This document shows positions 23,799 to 34,582 of a stretch of DNA of 49,558 bases, piece after piece. Below the pieces are notes generated by a model. The model did not search any database and was not told the DNA's origin. It worked only from the letters and a program-made list of their open reading frames with translations. The stretch is from positions 1 through 49,558 of the forward strand of contig NIVC01004340.1 of NCBI GenBank assembly GCA_002269645.1. The letters are read 5' to 3'. Source of the stretch: Macrostomum lignano (taxonomy: Eukaryota). The first letter of the stretch is position 1, and each line of letters opens with the position of its first letter. The position numbers and the translations under genes are program-made.

Positions 23799-24185
23799 AT
23801 GGGCAGCGACGTGACCATCCCACAAGCAGAGGGATCTTCTGCTGATGCTGACGCTGGCGACAGCGAACCGTGTGCATCTCGCGATGAGTCGAGTGTAGAG
23901 AAGGCGGCTACGAAGAAGACGACTTCCGTTCATAAGTCGCGTGAACAGCTCTCAGCATCAGCCAGGGTGACGAGAGCTACTCAAGAGGCAGCGGCTGCTG
24001 GACAAACCCGGAAAAACCATCCTGGAGACAAGAAGAGCTCTCCTAGTACCTTGGCGCTCCAGTCATCGAAGGAGAATGCTATGGTTGAGGAATCCGACTC
24101 AAGTGCTGCTGATCTCATGATCACGTCATCTGCTAACAAAATACAAGACCGGAAACCGTCACCACAGCGTCAGCATTTTGAATCG
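23799..24185 (+). CDS. Repeated phase-0 exon, copy 4
   Basis: Same sequence and splice sites as copy 1; one substitution in the downstream intron (ATGAAT to ATGAAA). Confidence 0.6.
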
Positions 24186-25473
24186 GTGAGCATTGCTGAG
24201 TTGAGTTACACTAACGCTGGAAGAGTGCATTCGCTTTACTTAATGAAAATCATTTTTATTGGGCCAAAAAATGCTGCAGCTTTCAATGTCTTAGTTTCGA
24301 TTGTAAAAAAGCAAACTTTATCATGACGTATGCCAAGTCAGCACAGTCAATCAAATTTCAGCATATTTGTCGCGGGTCCAGCTAAACCCTCATTGAATGT
24401 CGTTCACATTGACTGTGGGTGCTTCAAGCATCGACTGCCAAACATACTTTCAGACATGGGGTCCAGCTAAACCCTCATTGAATGTTTCACATTGACTGTG
24501 GGTGCTTCAAGCATCGACTGCCAAACATACTTTCAGACATGGGGTCCAGCTAAACCCTCATTGAATGTTTCACATTGACTGTGGGTGCTTCAAGCATCGA
24601 CTGCCAAACATACTTTCAGACATGGGGTCCAGCTAAACCCTCATTGAATGTTTCACATTGACTGTGGGTGCTTCAAGCATCGACTGCCAAACATACTTTC
24701 AGACATGGGGTCCAGCTAAACCCTCATTGAATGTTTCACATTGACTGTGGGTGCTTCAAGCATCGACTGCCAAACATACTTTCAGACATGGGGTCCAGCT
24801 AAACCCTCATTGAATGTTTCACATTGACTGTGGGTGCTTCAAGCATCGACTGCCAAACATACTTTCAGACATGGGGTCCAGCTAAACCCTCATTGAATGT
24901 TTCACATTGACTGTGGGTGCTTCAAGCATCGACTGCCAAACATACTTTCAGACATGGGGTCCAGCTAAACCCTCATTGAATGTTTCACATTGACTGTGGG
25001 TGCTTCAAGCACCGACTGCCAAACATACTTTCAGACATGGGGTCCAGCTAAACCCTCATTGATTGTCGTTCACATTGAGTGTGGATGCTTCAAGCATCGA
25101 CTGCCACATACTTTCAGACATGGGGTCCAGCTAAACCCTCATTGAATGTTTCACATTGAGTGTGGATGCTTCAAGCACCGACTGCCAAACATACTTTCAG
25201 ACATGGGGTCCAGCTAAACCCTCATTGAATGCTTCACATTGAGTGTGGATGCTTCAAGCATCGACTGCCAAACATACTTTCAGACATGGGGTCCAGCTAA
25301 ACCCTCATTGAATGTTTCACATTGAGTGTGGATGCTTCAAGCACCGACTGCCAAACATACTTTCAGACATGGGGTCCAGCTGAATCCTCATTGAGTCATA
25401 ATATGTTTACATTGAGTATCAATGAGTACATATGAGTACATTGAGTAGTTCATCAAAATCAATCATTGTGCAG

Positions 25474-26790
25474 ATGGGCAGCGACGTGACCATCCCACAA
25501 GCAGAGGGATCTTCTGCTGATGCTGACGCTGGCGACAGCGAACCGTGTGCATCTCGCGATGAGTCGAGTGTAGAGAAGGCGGCTACGAAGAAGACGACTT
25601 CCGTTCATAAGTCGCGTGAACAGCTCTCAGCATCAGCCAGGGTGACGAGAGCTACTCAAGAGGCAGCGGCTGCTGGACAAACCCGGAAAAACCATCCTGG
25701 AGACAAGAAGAGCAGTCCTGGTGTCTTGGCGCTCCCGAATTCTTCATCCGGACGTTCTCCCTTAAAGCAGTCTACGACGACGAATGTTCCGTTGACGAAT
25801 GAAGTTTCGAATTCAAGGCTGTCTGCTCTTAGAAGTCGTGTTATGAATAAGTTGCGATTTGGTGGTGCTCGATTAAAAAAATTAAAAGTTGACTTAGATG
25901 ACAGCAACGAAAGCGAAGAGAGTGATTTCGATGACGAAGTAGAGTTTGAGAAGGTGATGAATTCCTGTGTGGAAGAAAGTGCTGCCTTTGGCAATGTAGA
26001 TGATGTGCCTGAATTCGACTTTGGTGACGTCGAGCTCGAGGAGTTGTCGTCGGATCTACATCCAGCTCTTCAAATGATTGCTGACGAAAATGAAAAATTG
26101 GAGTCGAATGCACAGAAGAAGATGAAGGGCCGATCATTTGAGAATAAGCGTCATAATTGCGTTTTCTGTAATGAGCTGTTTTCTCAAATACGCCGGCATA
26201 TTATTCGTTGTCATAGTGATCAACTGGACGTGCAGCGCGCGCTATCTTATGGTTCTAATTCTAATGGTAAGCCTAAGTGAATATGCTTCTTACATCAAAA
26301 CTGAATAAATAGTCCACTGGTTTTAGTATTTGGATATTTATAGTTTGATCTAAATGGTTAGGTTTTAGTTTTTTAAAATGAAAACTAATTCTTTCAAATT
26401 TTGTCTGAAGCAAGTCAGAATTTACTCGTGCTTCAGTTTGGCACAATAGTTTTATTAGAACGCCTCTATATGTATGATTTAAACTGTCAGATCGATTGAT
26501 TCTTTTTTGTTGTGATCGTAAAGATTTATATTTAATTGGCTGCCTTTTTTAATTTCTCTGTTAGGTTACAATCGGGAGATGGACAGACTGCGACTTCTAG
26601 GCGATTTTCATCACAATATTGCTGTACTGAAGGATGAAAAGGACGGTAAAATTATTGTCTGTCGGGAGAAAAGCGTGACCATGGAGTCTACGGAAGTACA
26701 CACCTATCTTCCTTGTGTTCACTGCTTTGGATTTTTTACGGACGTGAAATAAGTCGCCACTGAGACCGCTGCAAATTTAGATCTAACTGT
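25474..26790 (+). pseudogene. 3' part of the element gene: exon 25474..26266 plus disrupted exon from 26565 (acidic region, C2H2-like finger, HN..VL / YLPC..C.GF motif)
   Basis: RHNCVFCNELFSQIRRHIIRCHSDQLDVQRALSY...|GYNREMDRLRLLGDFHHNIAVLKDEKDGKIIVCR...YLPCVHCFGFF is joined by a phase-1 GTAAG...TTAG intron. A frameshift follows in the T run at ~26732-26737, then a TGA at 26761 within the shifted SRH*DRC motif. Confidence 0.7.
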
Positions 26791-27078
26791 TAAAACTGTT
26801 AAAAATCTTCGTTGCTCTAGATTTTTATATTGGTCCACAGTATATTGGTCCACGTACACCATCATGTTCTAAAGGTCCGTTTAAACCTGGTCTACCTAAC
26901 AACATAGTTCGAATAGTTTAATTTACTCGAATTGAAGACCTTTTGAAATTAAAAAGGCAACAGTATTTTCCAAGCGTCTCAAATTAAGCTGGTTCCCCGA
27001 TTTTCTAACCATAACTAATTGGTCCACCTAACGCATTGTCAGAACAACGGTCTATGTAACCACACATACACTAGTATA

Positions 27079-27079
<1 letters not shown>

Positions 27080-27135
<56 letters not shown>
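27080..27135 (+). repeat. (CTGT)14 microsatellite, right flank of the insertion
   Basis: Read directly. Confidence 0.95.
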
Positions 27136-27176
27136 GTGGTGAGCCAGTAAGTGATTCAAATCAATCAGTCACAAAC

Positions 27177-27332
27177 CCTTGAACTGCAGCTCCCATTCCC
27201 GGAGGCTCTCCAACTGTTTAGGATTGAGGTCGCTGAGGTCGTCAAATGTGTCCTTGAGAGCAGATGAGTCCAAAGAGAAGGTGGCCAGAGCCCTGGATGC
27301 ATCCCGACCGGCGAATACAGCATATGGGCCGC
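27177..27332 (-). CDS. PGRMC: PGRMC/MAPR exon 2
   Basis: (G)[51 protein letters not shown], the hallmark Y..FAGRDASR motif of the cytochrome-b5-like heme/steroid-binding domain. TTTAG acceptor and GTTTGT donor, phase 1 at both ends. Confidence 0.93.
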
Positions 27333-27829
27333 CTAAAGATTTGGATTTGTAGACAACAATTCTATCGGCTATCGCAACAATTAAAACAAGACAAGCTTCA
27401 AGAAAATTAAAATTCAGAAGTAATTATTAACCTTAAATTTGTGAAAATGAGATTATTGAAAAATAAAAAACAATATCAAAACACACATGAAGCCAAAATT
27501 TTGTTCCATTTAACGATTTAAAAGAAAATGTTTACCATTAATTGGCATAAAAATTCTACATGCACAAAATGACAAAGTTATGCTAAAAACTTGAATATTA
27601 GGTTGCAGCAGAAATGCAACAATAATTAGATATGTCACTCATACAAATATGCATATCTACTCTGTTCTTAGTACGAAGTTAGTATTTTTTGTTCTGATAA
27701 AATAAAGAAAAGAAAATAAGTGGCATGTCATATACATAAATGAAGCATCATGTAAAACATTAAAGAAGCATAATATCAAACATTAAGAACTGTAATATTC
27801 TATATAAAAGAAGTGTCATGTCAAACATA

Positions 27830-28260
27830 AAAGATTTGTTGGGTAATCTGCTAAGATGTCAAGGCTTAGGAAGAAATTGAGATATGAGTGCTGACAAGGG
27901 AATTGATGAGATGTCAAGGCTTGGAAGCCTTGTTTTGAGAATTACTAAGATCTCAATGCTGATAGGGGGATTTCTAAGATAGCTTATATCAAAGCTTATT
28001 GGAAGGAATTGCTAAGATTTCAAGGCTTTTGGGAGAAACAGCTAAGGTGTCAATGCTCAAAAAGGAATTGCTAATATTTTAAAGCTTATAGGGGAGGGGG
28101 AACTGCTAATATTTCAAGACTTATAAGGGGATTGATAAGATGTCAAGGCTAATGGGAACATTGCTAAGATTTCAAAGCTTATAAGAATTATATAGATATC
28201 ATAGCTTATAGGGTGAATCAATAAGATTTCAAACTTACATATTTAGAAGTTAGAAGTTAC
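27830..28260 (+). repeat. Degenerate AT-rich ~30-bp repeat (TTGCTAAGATGTCAAGGCTT...), related to 940-1190
   Basis: Recurrent GCTAAGAT(G/T)TCAA(G/A)GCTT motifs; similar text also at 961-1190. Confidence 0.55.
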
Positions 28261-29020
28261 ATATATAGCTTATTTAAAACTTTATTGTATTCTTTGTTGG
28301 CTCCCTAATAGGAAGCAGCAATTGCAGGGTCTGCTATTAGTTTGTCTATTAGCAGATGAATTTACTCTATAGTACATAGACTTAGAGATTTAGTATATTT
28401 GGATGATAAAGGTATTAATGACTTTAATTGACTACATTAACTAATCAATTAACTAACCAACAATTCACTAAACATTCAGGGGTTGATTTCTTTTTAACTA
28501 ATAAATAAATGTATATATAACTGAGTGGCTCTATTCAAAATGAAAGGAAACAATTTGCTACAGTTTGTTTACATTTGATAGTGTTAAATAATTTGTAAGG
28601 TCAATATTGTATTCCTTTATTTTGGTATTTAACCATGACTTTTTAACCTATATTGTTTGAAATTCTTATTACAGTTTTTCTTTGAGGTAAATTTGATCAC
28701 TTTTACAACCATGCAAATAAAAAACTAATTATCAACATTTTGTAATTTTTAACATTGCAACGCATTTTGATCATCATTGATCATTCTCAAGCAAATCTTA
28801 GTTATATTTGAAAACAAAACAGAGTTTAAACGATGACATATATGTAAGATGTGTTAAAAATTCAAATATTACGCAGTCAGTAGAATGAAGGAAATATTCA
28901 CCAGTCACAATCTAATGTACAAAAGAGCAGAAAAGAATCATGTACATTCAGCCTCAAGCTACTACACACAAATAATTGCCAACTCAAAAAACCCTTATCG
29001 AATGGCCTGCACCAGTGCAT

Positions 29021-29290
29021 CAGCTGTGTGTTCAATGAGGGGTTTAATTTCTTAATGTACAATGCCTCCAGAATGCTGAGTTTGAAATCTAAGTCACAGT
29101 GATCAATAATCTCAAACAAGTCTGTGGGCTCACTGTTGCAACAATCATTGCATAGTAGCAGATGTTTATGGATTGCAGAATTCTTCAGCCAGTGTTCTCT
29201 TACCCTGGTATGCAAGTGTCTTTTAGTTTTTCCAATGTAGGAAATGCTCCAATCACCAGAGCAGTAAAAGTTGTAGACAACACCAGCACA
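29021..29290 (-). mobile_element. Penelope-like retroelement relic, GIY-YIG endonuclease fragment
   Basis: VVYNFYC...SYIGKTKRHLHTRVREH...SAIHKH...FEII...LSILEALYIKKLNPSLNTQ is the typical C-terminal GIY-YIG domain of Penelope-like elements. No RT is visible. Confidence 0.85.
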
Positions 29291-31021
29291 CAGAGTACAA
29301 AGAACACTAGACTTCAATTTGCTCACAAACATGTCACAATGTTACAAATTACAAAATGTTGATAATTAGTTTTTCTTTCCCTTATTTTTCTTTACCATAA
29401 ACTTTTTATTTCAACAAAAACTATATATTCCAATTATTGAAGTATTGACTATCTATATTTTATTTATCTTAACAAAACTTTAAAAATAGCAATAAAGAAG
29501 TAAATAGAAATTAAAAATAGAAAAAAACAGCTGATTATTTTTATAAAATGTTGCGTTAAATAATATTTCATTGCTTCATTGCTAGCTATTGTTTCTATTA
29601 GATATAATAGTAGCAAACTATTGTTTACCCTAAGGTAGAATTTTTGAAGGTAGAAGGTAGAAATAAAATCTTGGATGCATTCCATGCACACTAACAAAAA
29701 CTTGTGCATTTGTATATGTATTTTGACAAATTTTCATAATTATAAAAGACTTATGTGCATGCAAGCTTTTGTTTGTTCAAAAACATGCATGATTTTATTT
29801 TAAAATGTTGAATATTGCATTTGTTTGAATAAAACTAAGTTATAACATTTAAAAGAAAAGCCACTGAGCATTATATTAACAATGAAAGAGAATTAAAAAC
29901 TTTTTATGTCTTTATTTAAACTTTAAAGAAATATCTTTAAAAAGTTACTTACAAAATTTAAATGCCAAAAGACTTGCACAGTTTAAAGTAAAAAACTTAT
30001 ATAAAAAATTAGTGTGCAACTTTTTATTACAAAATTGCCATGCAAAGACTCTGTCCTAGTATTTAATTTATTAACCCTAGCAGGGACTAATAAACAAACT
30101 ATAATAGTAGATAAAATCTACAGTCTGGATCATGGTATGCCTGTGCCAAAATAAATCTTGCGCCTGAAAAAAATACTATAAAAAAGTTTGGCTTATACTA
30201 TATACTAGAAATATTCCTATCAAAAAGTTTGCTTGCATCATATACTGCAAATTTCTAAAAAAATGCAAAAAATAGTAATTTTTGTTTGAAAAATACTAGT
30301 ATTAGTAAAACTTGTATTTGAATCTGTTTTATAGAAAATACAATGTTAATACATATTAATTAAAAAAGCCATCAATACATTATATATAAAAAATTCTAAT
30401 AAAAAGAAATAACTTGCTAATTTTTCTATCAAAGAAAATATTATCACATTAGAAGTTTTGGTCGTATCAAATTATACTAATTTTTTCATCTTGTGCTACT
30501 GCTACACTACACCAGATTTTTTCTATTGTCTGCTATTGCACAAAAATGCACCATTGTGGTGAATATCCAACCCTCTTTTGCACCAGAATTTTCTGTGAAA
30601 AAAGCCATCTTCTTGACTAGGCCTATGGGATAAAATGACTTATACCCTTGATGAATAGTCACTAAGACCTAAAATTAACCAACTAAAATTACAACTTTGA
30701 TCTTAAAGAATATCCGAAACCTAAGATACAAACATTTAAGAATTTTATAGGCCATAATATTAATAATGCTCAAATATTTTAAATTACTATAACGTATAAG
30801 TAATTAATATTTAAAAATGTAACTTGAAGTTGAAGGCTTAAAGAGCTGAAACTTAAAGAAAGATTCTAGAATGATTTTAAAATGACCTGCACAAAAATTT
30901 TTATTGCAATATATTGATTTTTTGTAAGAAATTTAGTTAAAAACTATATAGTAGATTTGATTTTGGATATAAAAATGCAATTAATAATTCTTTGTCTCTT
31001 GTAGACTGCTCTGCTACATAC

Positions 31022-31331
31022 CTTTTCCATACATGCTTCTGCCTTTGTTTGTAACATCAAACACTTTTTGATTTACAGCAACAAGTATCCTCTTCTCTTC
31101 ATTTGCCTCTCCATTGTAAACTGCCAAGTCCTCAACTGTGAAATCTTGTCTCTTCATCTTAGGAAGGATAGGTGAATCGTTTTTCTCCTCAGTGGAATCT
31201 GTAGCTGGCCTTTTGATTTTAAATATTTTGTAGATCAGGAAAACGCAAACGCCCAGCAAAAGAAGATTTAGGGGACTTGTGACTAGCTCTGTAACCAATG
31301 ACTTCGACACTTCCCATGTTTGGATGCCCAT
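31022..31331 (-). CDS. PGRMC: PGRMC/MAPR exon 1 (start, N-terminal TM helix, start of the cyt-b5-like domain)
   Basis: MGIQTWE...LNLLLLGVCVFLIYKIF...LPKMKRQDFTVEDLAVYNGEANEEKRILVAVNQKVFDVTNKGRSMYGK|G, followed by a GTATGT donor. Confidence 0.93.
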
Positions 31332-33491
31332 CGATCAGCGTTTCACCGAAAGCTACTTAGACTTGTGGAAGATGTACAGCTGCAAAATTTACTATTTTTT
31401 CTAATGAAATCTTTAGAGCGCTAAAAGCTTGACTTTACAAAAACACAACTGTTGTCGCCGACTCGCCGTTGACAATCGTTGATTGATTGATATTTTGCAT
31501 GTATATATATTGTATACAACAAGCTTTCTAGGAACTAAACTTCAATATTGATTTGAATGACATGATACAATTTTAACAGAGCTTAACAAAATACTCTATA
31601 ACAAACTAGTTTAAGTGGGTTTAATTACGTTATCTAACATGCAAGGATCTATAAATTGTAATTGATTTTTACTTTAAAGAATAATTTCTTAGTATAGCTG
31701 ATTTAAACTACGTTTATTTTACTATAGGTCGTGTGCACGTGTGCATTCTTGAATTGTATTGCACATTCTTCACAGTTCCAATGTAGGCGATAGCGAGTGG
31801 CGTAGCCGATGGGCGGGCACACTGAGAAACAAATTCGATCTTATTTTTGCATGTTTTTCTTTTTTCTCTTGGTAGATTTAATTTATCAATGGAAAGTGGC
31901 CGTGCAAGGTGCCTGGCGTAGAAATTTTTGAAATGGTTACAAGAAGAATTTATGCTCATATCAAAAACCACAAGCTAAACGGTAACTTCTATTAGTCCTT
32001 ACTTATACATCGATTATCAAAGTCCAACCAAAGCTATACGTGATGATGTACATGATGTACGAGTAATACTGGGATAAACTTGTACCTGCGTTCAGTGCAT
32101 TTGGTTCATGCATAAAATCGACTATCAAAAGTCAAAACCGGTCTCAACCGTTTTTGCTCATAGCCCTGGGCTATCGCAACATAGCCAAATCAAGGAAAGT
32201 CCTGTCTTTTTCATCCAAGCCGCGCACTTATGGAGACAGGATGGAGATCGGGACGTGACTTGAATTCTCTTGATGAAGAATTCTGGGAGAAAAAACACCT
32301 GACATTTCGAGAAATAAACAAAACTCAGGAGGTAGGAATTCTTCCTATTCAGAATAACCAACAACAACGTCATAGTCTACTACGTAGAAAAGTAGTAATT
32401 TGCGATTTCTTACTAATAAATGAATGCTCTGTTGGAATGAAGGCTAGCTAATTGCAGTGGCTATATTTAAAAGTTCATTTCAACATTTCAACATCGATCT
32501 CAACATCAAAGTAGACAAAGTATATAGCTAAATTCAGTTAAAAATGAATTGACAAAGTTTTGTTGACACATAGCGTGACATAATTAGAAGCTGCAGTGCT
32601 GCAGAATGTTAGAAAAATGGAAAATTCCTAAAAAATCTTTTCGGGGATCATTGTGCAGAAAAGATTTTTATAACTGAGTCATATTACGATCCATTGTAGC
32701 ACGTTCTCAGGCTCATTCTCTTTACCTAATCCCAACGAAATTGTCCAGAATCAGGAGCACTAGCTGCGCTAGAACAAATTTTGATAAACTATTTCAGTTT
32801 TTGCCCAGTCAGCAAATCATATTGATCTACACTTTTCGTCTCCATTGCTTTTTAGCGGTGCATGAAGATAGCGAGCCCAGCTGAGTCATCGTCGATACAG
32901 TCAGACGGTGACGAGTTCAGGGGAAGTTTTTGGCTTTGGGGGGGATTCCATTCCGTAACCCGACTGCATGGCGGCCCACAGTTCCCCCGGAGGGTGAAAG
33001 AAAAAAGTTCCCAGATCCCAGCCATTACCGCGGTATAGTCATAAATCACGCAGGGAGAGGGGATGGGATGAAGAGTTCGGTTTAAAAAAGTCACTAATGA
33101 ATAATCGTTGCGAACCCCTGATTGGCATTGTAATCAGTTCAAATCAAAGCCTTGCACTGTAAAAAAAATAATTTATAGTCAGTCGCCAACAACTCAACCA
33201 ACAATCAACAACGCATTTATCCAAATCTGACATATGCCCATGCAGAGTCCTGCCCTGCTCGAATGATGAACAGCTTCTGGTTGTTTTTAGAGGTCTTTTT
33301 ACCTCTCTAAACTAGATTGACATCGGGGTAAAGATTTGGCAGCAATGCTTCAGACGGTGGCGTAGTCAAAGGGGGAGATCACGGGAGCGTCATGACCCTA
33401 CTAAAGAGAGCCGATATTTAAATCTCGATCGATTAATAATATTCAAAAAGCATCAAATGAGTAATGACAACATAATTTTGTCAACAGACCT

Positions 33492-33892
33492 AAAGTGGCG
33501 CTTAAATCTCACCTGCGGAGCTTGTAAATTGGCGCCTAAATCTCACCTGCGGAGCTAAATTGGCGCCTAAATCTCACCTGCAGAGCTGAATTGGCGCTTA
33601 AATCTCACCTGCAGCGCTAAATTGGCGCTTAAATCTCACCTGCAGAGCTAAATTGGCGCTTAAATCTCACCTGCAGAGCTAAATTGGCGCTTAAATCTCA
33701 CCTGCAGAGCTGAATTGGCGCTTAAATCTCACCTGCAGAGCTGAATTGGCGCTTAAATCTCACCTGCAGAGCTCGTAAATTGGCGCTTAAATCTCACCTG
33801 CGGAGCTCGTAGATTCGCGCTTAAATCTCACCTGCGGAGCTCGTAAATTGGCGCTTAAATCTCACCCTGCTGAGCTGAATTGACGCTTAAAT
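33492..33892 (+). repeat. ~31-bp minisatellite (~12 copies), partial solo copy at ~34021-34065
   Basis: Unit AAATTGGCGCTTAAATCTCACCTGCAGAGCT. Confidence 0.9.
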
Positions 33893-34582
33893 ATTTTCTC
33901 AGTGACTTAATTATGCTACAGTGACTTTGACTATAGTCTATGGCTTGCTGTGGCTCTGTATGGCCCCAGAGTGATAGATACGAGCATACCTAACTAGATT
34001 AGATATCTATTAGATATTAATATCTCACCTGCGGAGCTCTTTCTTCTGCAGGAGCACCTGCGGAGAATATCTTTCGATAGAATTCTATGGAAAGGCTCGG
34101 GACCCCAAAATTAATGCCTAATCTTAACATGTCTAATCGAATTTAGTTTCCTGGTGCACTTTCAGCTAAAATTATCATTTATGACAGTAAGTATATATTA
34201 CTTTCTGGCTAAACAGGAACTTTCCTTTGTTATTTATGCTTTTATAACTCCGTAAGCTCCCACGCCATACTAGCGCAATTCTAACCACTTCCGTGCAACC
34301 TATTGATATATTCGTGTTAGGCCTTCAGTTTTAAGATAAAGCCGGTTAAGCTTTCAGGTCTCGGCTGGAAGTCGTGCATGGGAGTTGAAAAAATATGGCA
34401 AATTCGTTTTAACAAAAACCGCACACGTGTGAATGAACCAAGTAATTACTGCGTGAGTCTCAGTGATGGTGGCAGGCAAAATAAACATATGAATAATAAA
34501 AATTTATTGCCTCTAACTTGCCGCCTGCTCTGAGGGTTGTTGCATATTTTTTCTGCAAAATGTAACTTTTTGTGAAATCAAT

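Larger units (their letters stand above)
18563..25390 (+). repeat. Composite array: five blocks of an 83/85-bp minisatellite (~11, 10, 6, 10 and 12 copies) separated by four identical ~670-bp segments
   Basis: Unit CATGGGGTCCAGCTAAACCCTCATTGAATGT(CG)TTCACATTGACTGTGGGTGCTTCAAGCATCGACTGCCAAACATACTTTCAGA. ORF-start spacings of 1511, 1179, 1511 and 1675 differ by near-multiples of 83. Confidence 0.93.
16877..27073. mobile_element. ~10.2-kb TIR-bounded DNA element in PGRMC intron 2, apparently non-autonomous or decayed
   Basis: Left end TAGTGTATGTGTGTTTGCGTAGAC (16877-16900) matches the reverse complement of the right end 27050-27073 (TAGTGTATGTGTGGTTACATAGAC) at 21/24 positions. Subterminal GGACC motifs on the left are inverted relative to GGTCC motifs on the right. 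Contains an internal antisense gene. Confidence 0.75.

Noticed and set aside
19556-24326. Four stand-alone 189-aa genes as listed in the ORF track
   Set aside because: The ORFs run through clear acceptor and donor sites; the 387-nt internal exon model fits better and links to the fifth exon.
18563-25390. CRISPR-like appearance (repeat arrays next to ORFs)
   Set aside because: Units are contiguous 83/85-bp repeats with no unique spacers, there are no cas genes, and the context is a eukaryotic intron.
16877-27073. Assignment as CACTA/EnSpm or Helitron
   Set aside because: CACTA appears at the right end and TAGTG at the left, the reverse of CACTA termini. The terminal CTAG is explained by the inverted repeat, and no Rep/helicase or 5' TC end is evident.
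31714-33094. Short ORFs upstream of PGRMC
   Set aside because: No recognisable motifs or supporting splice structure.
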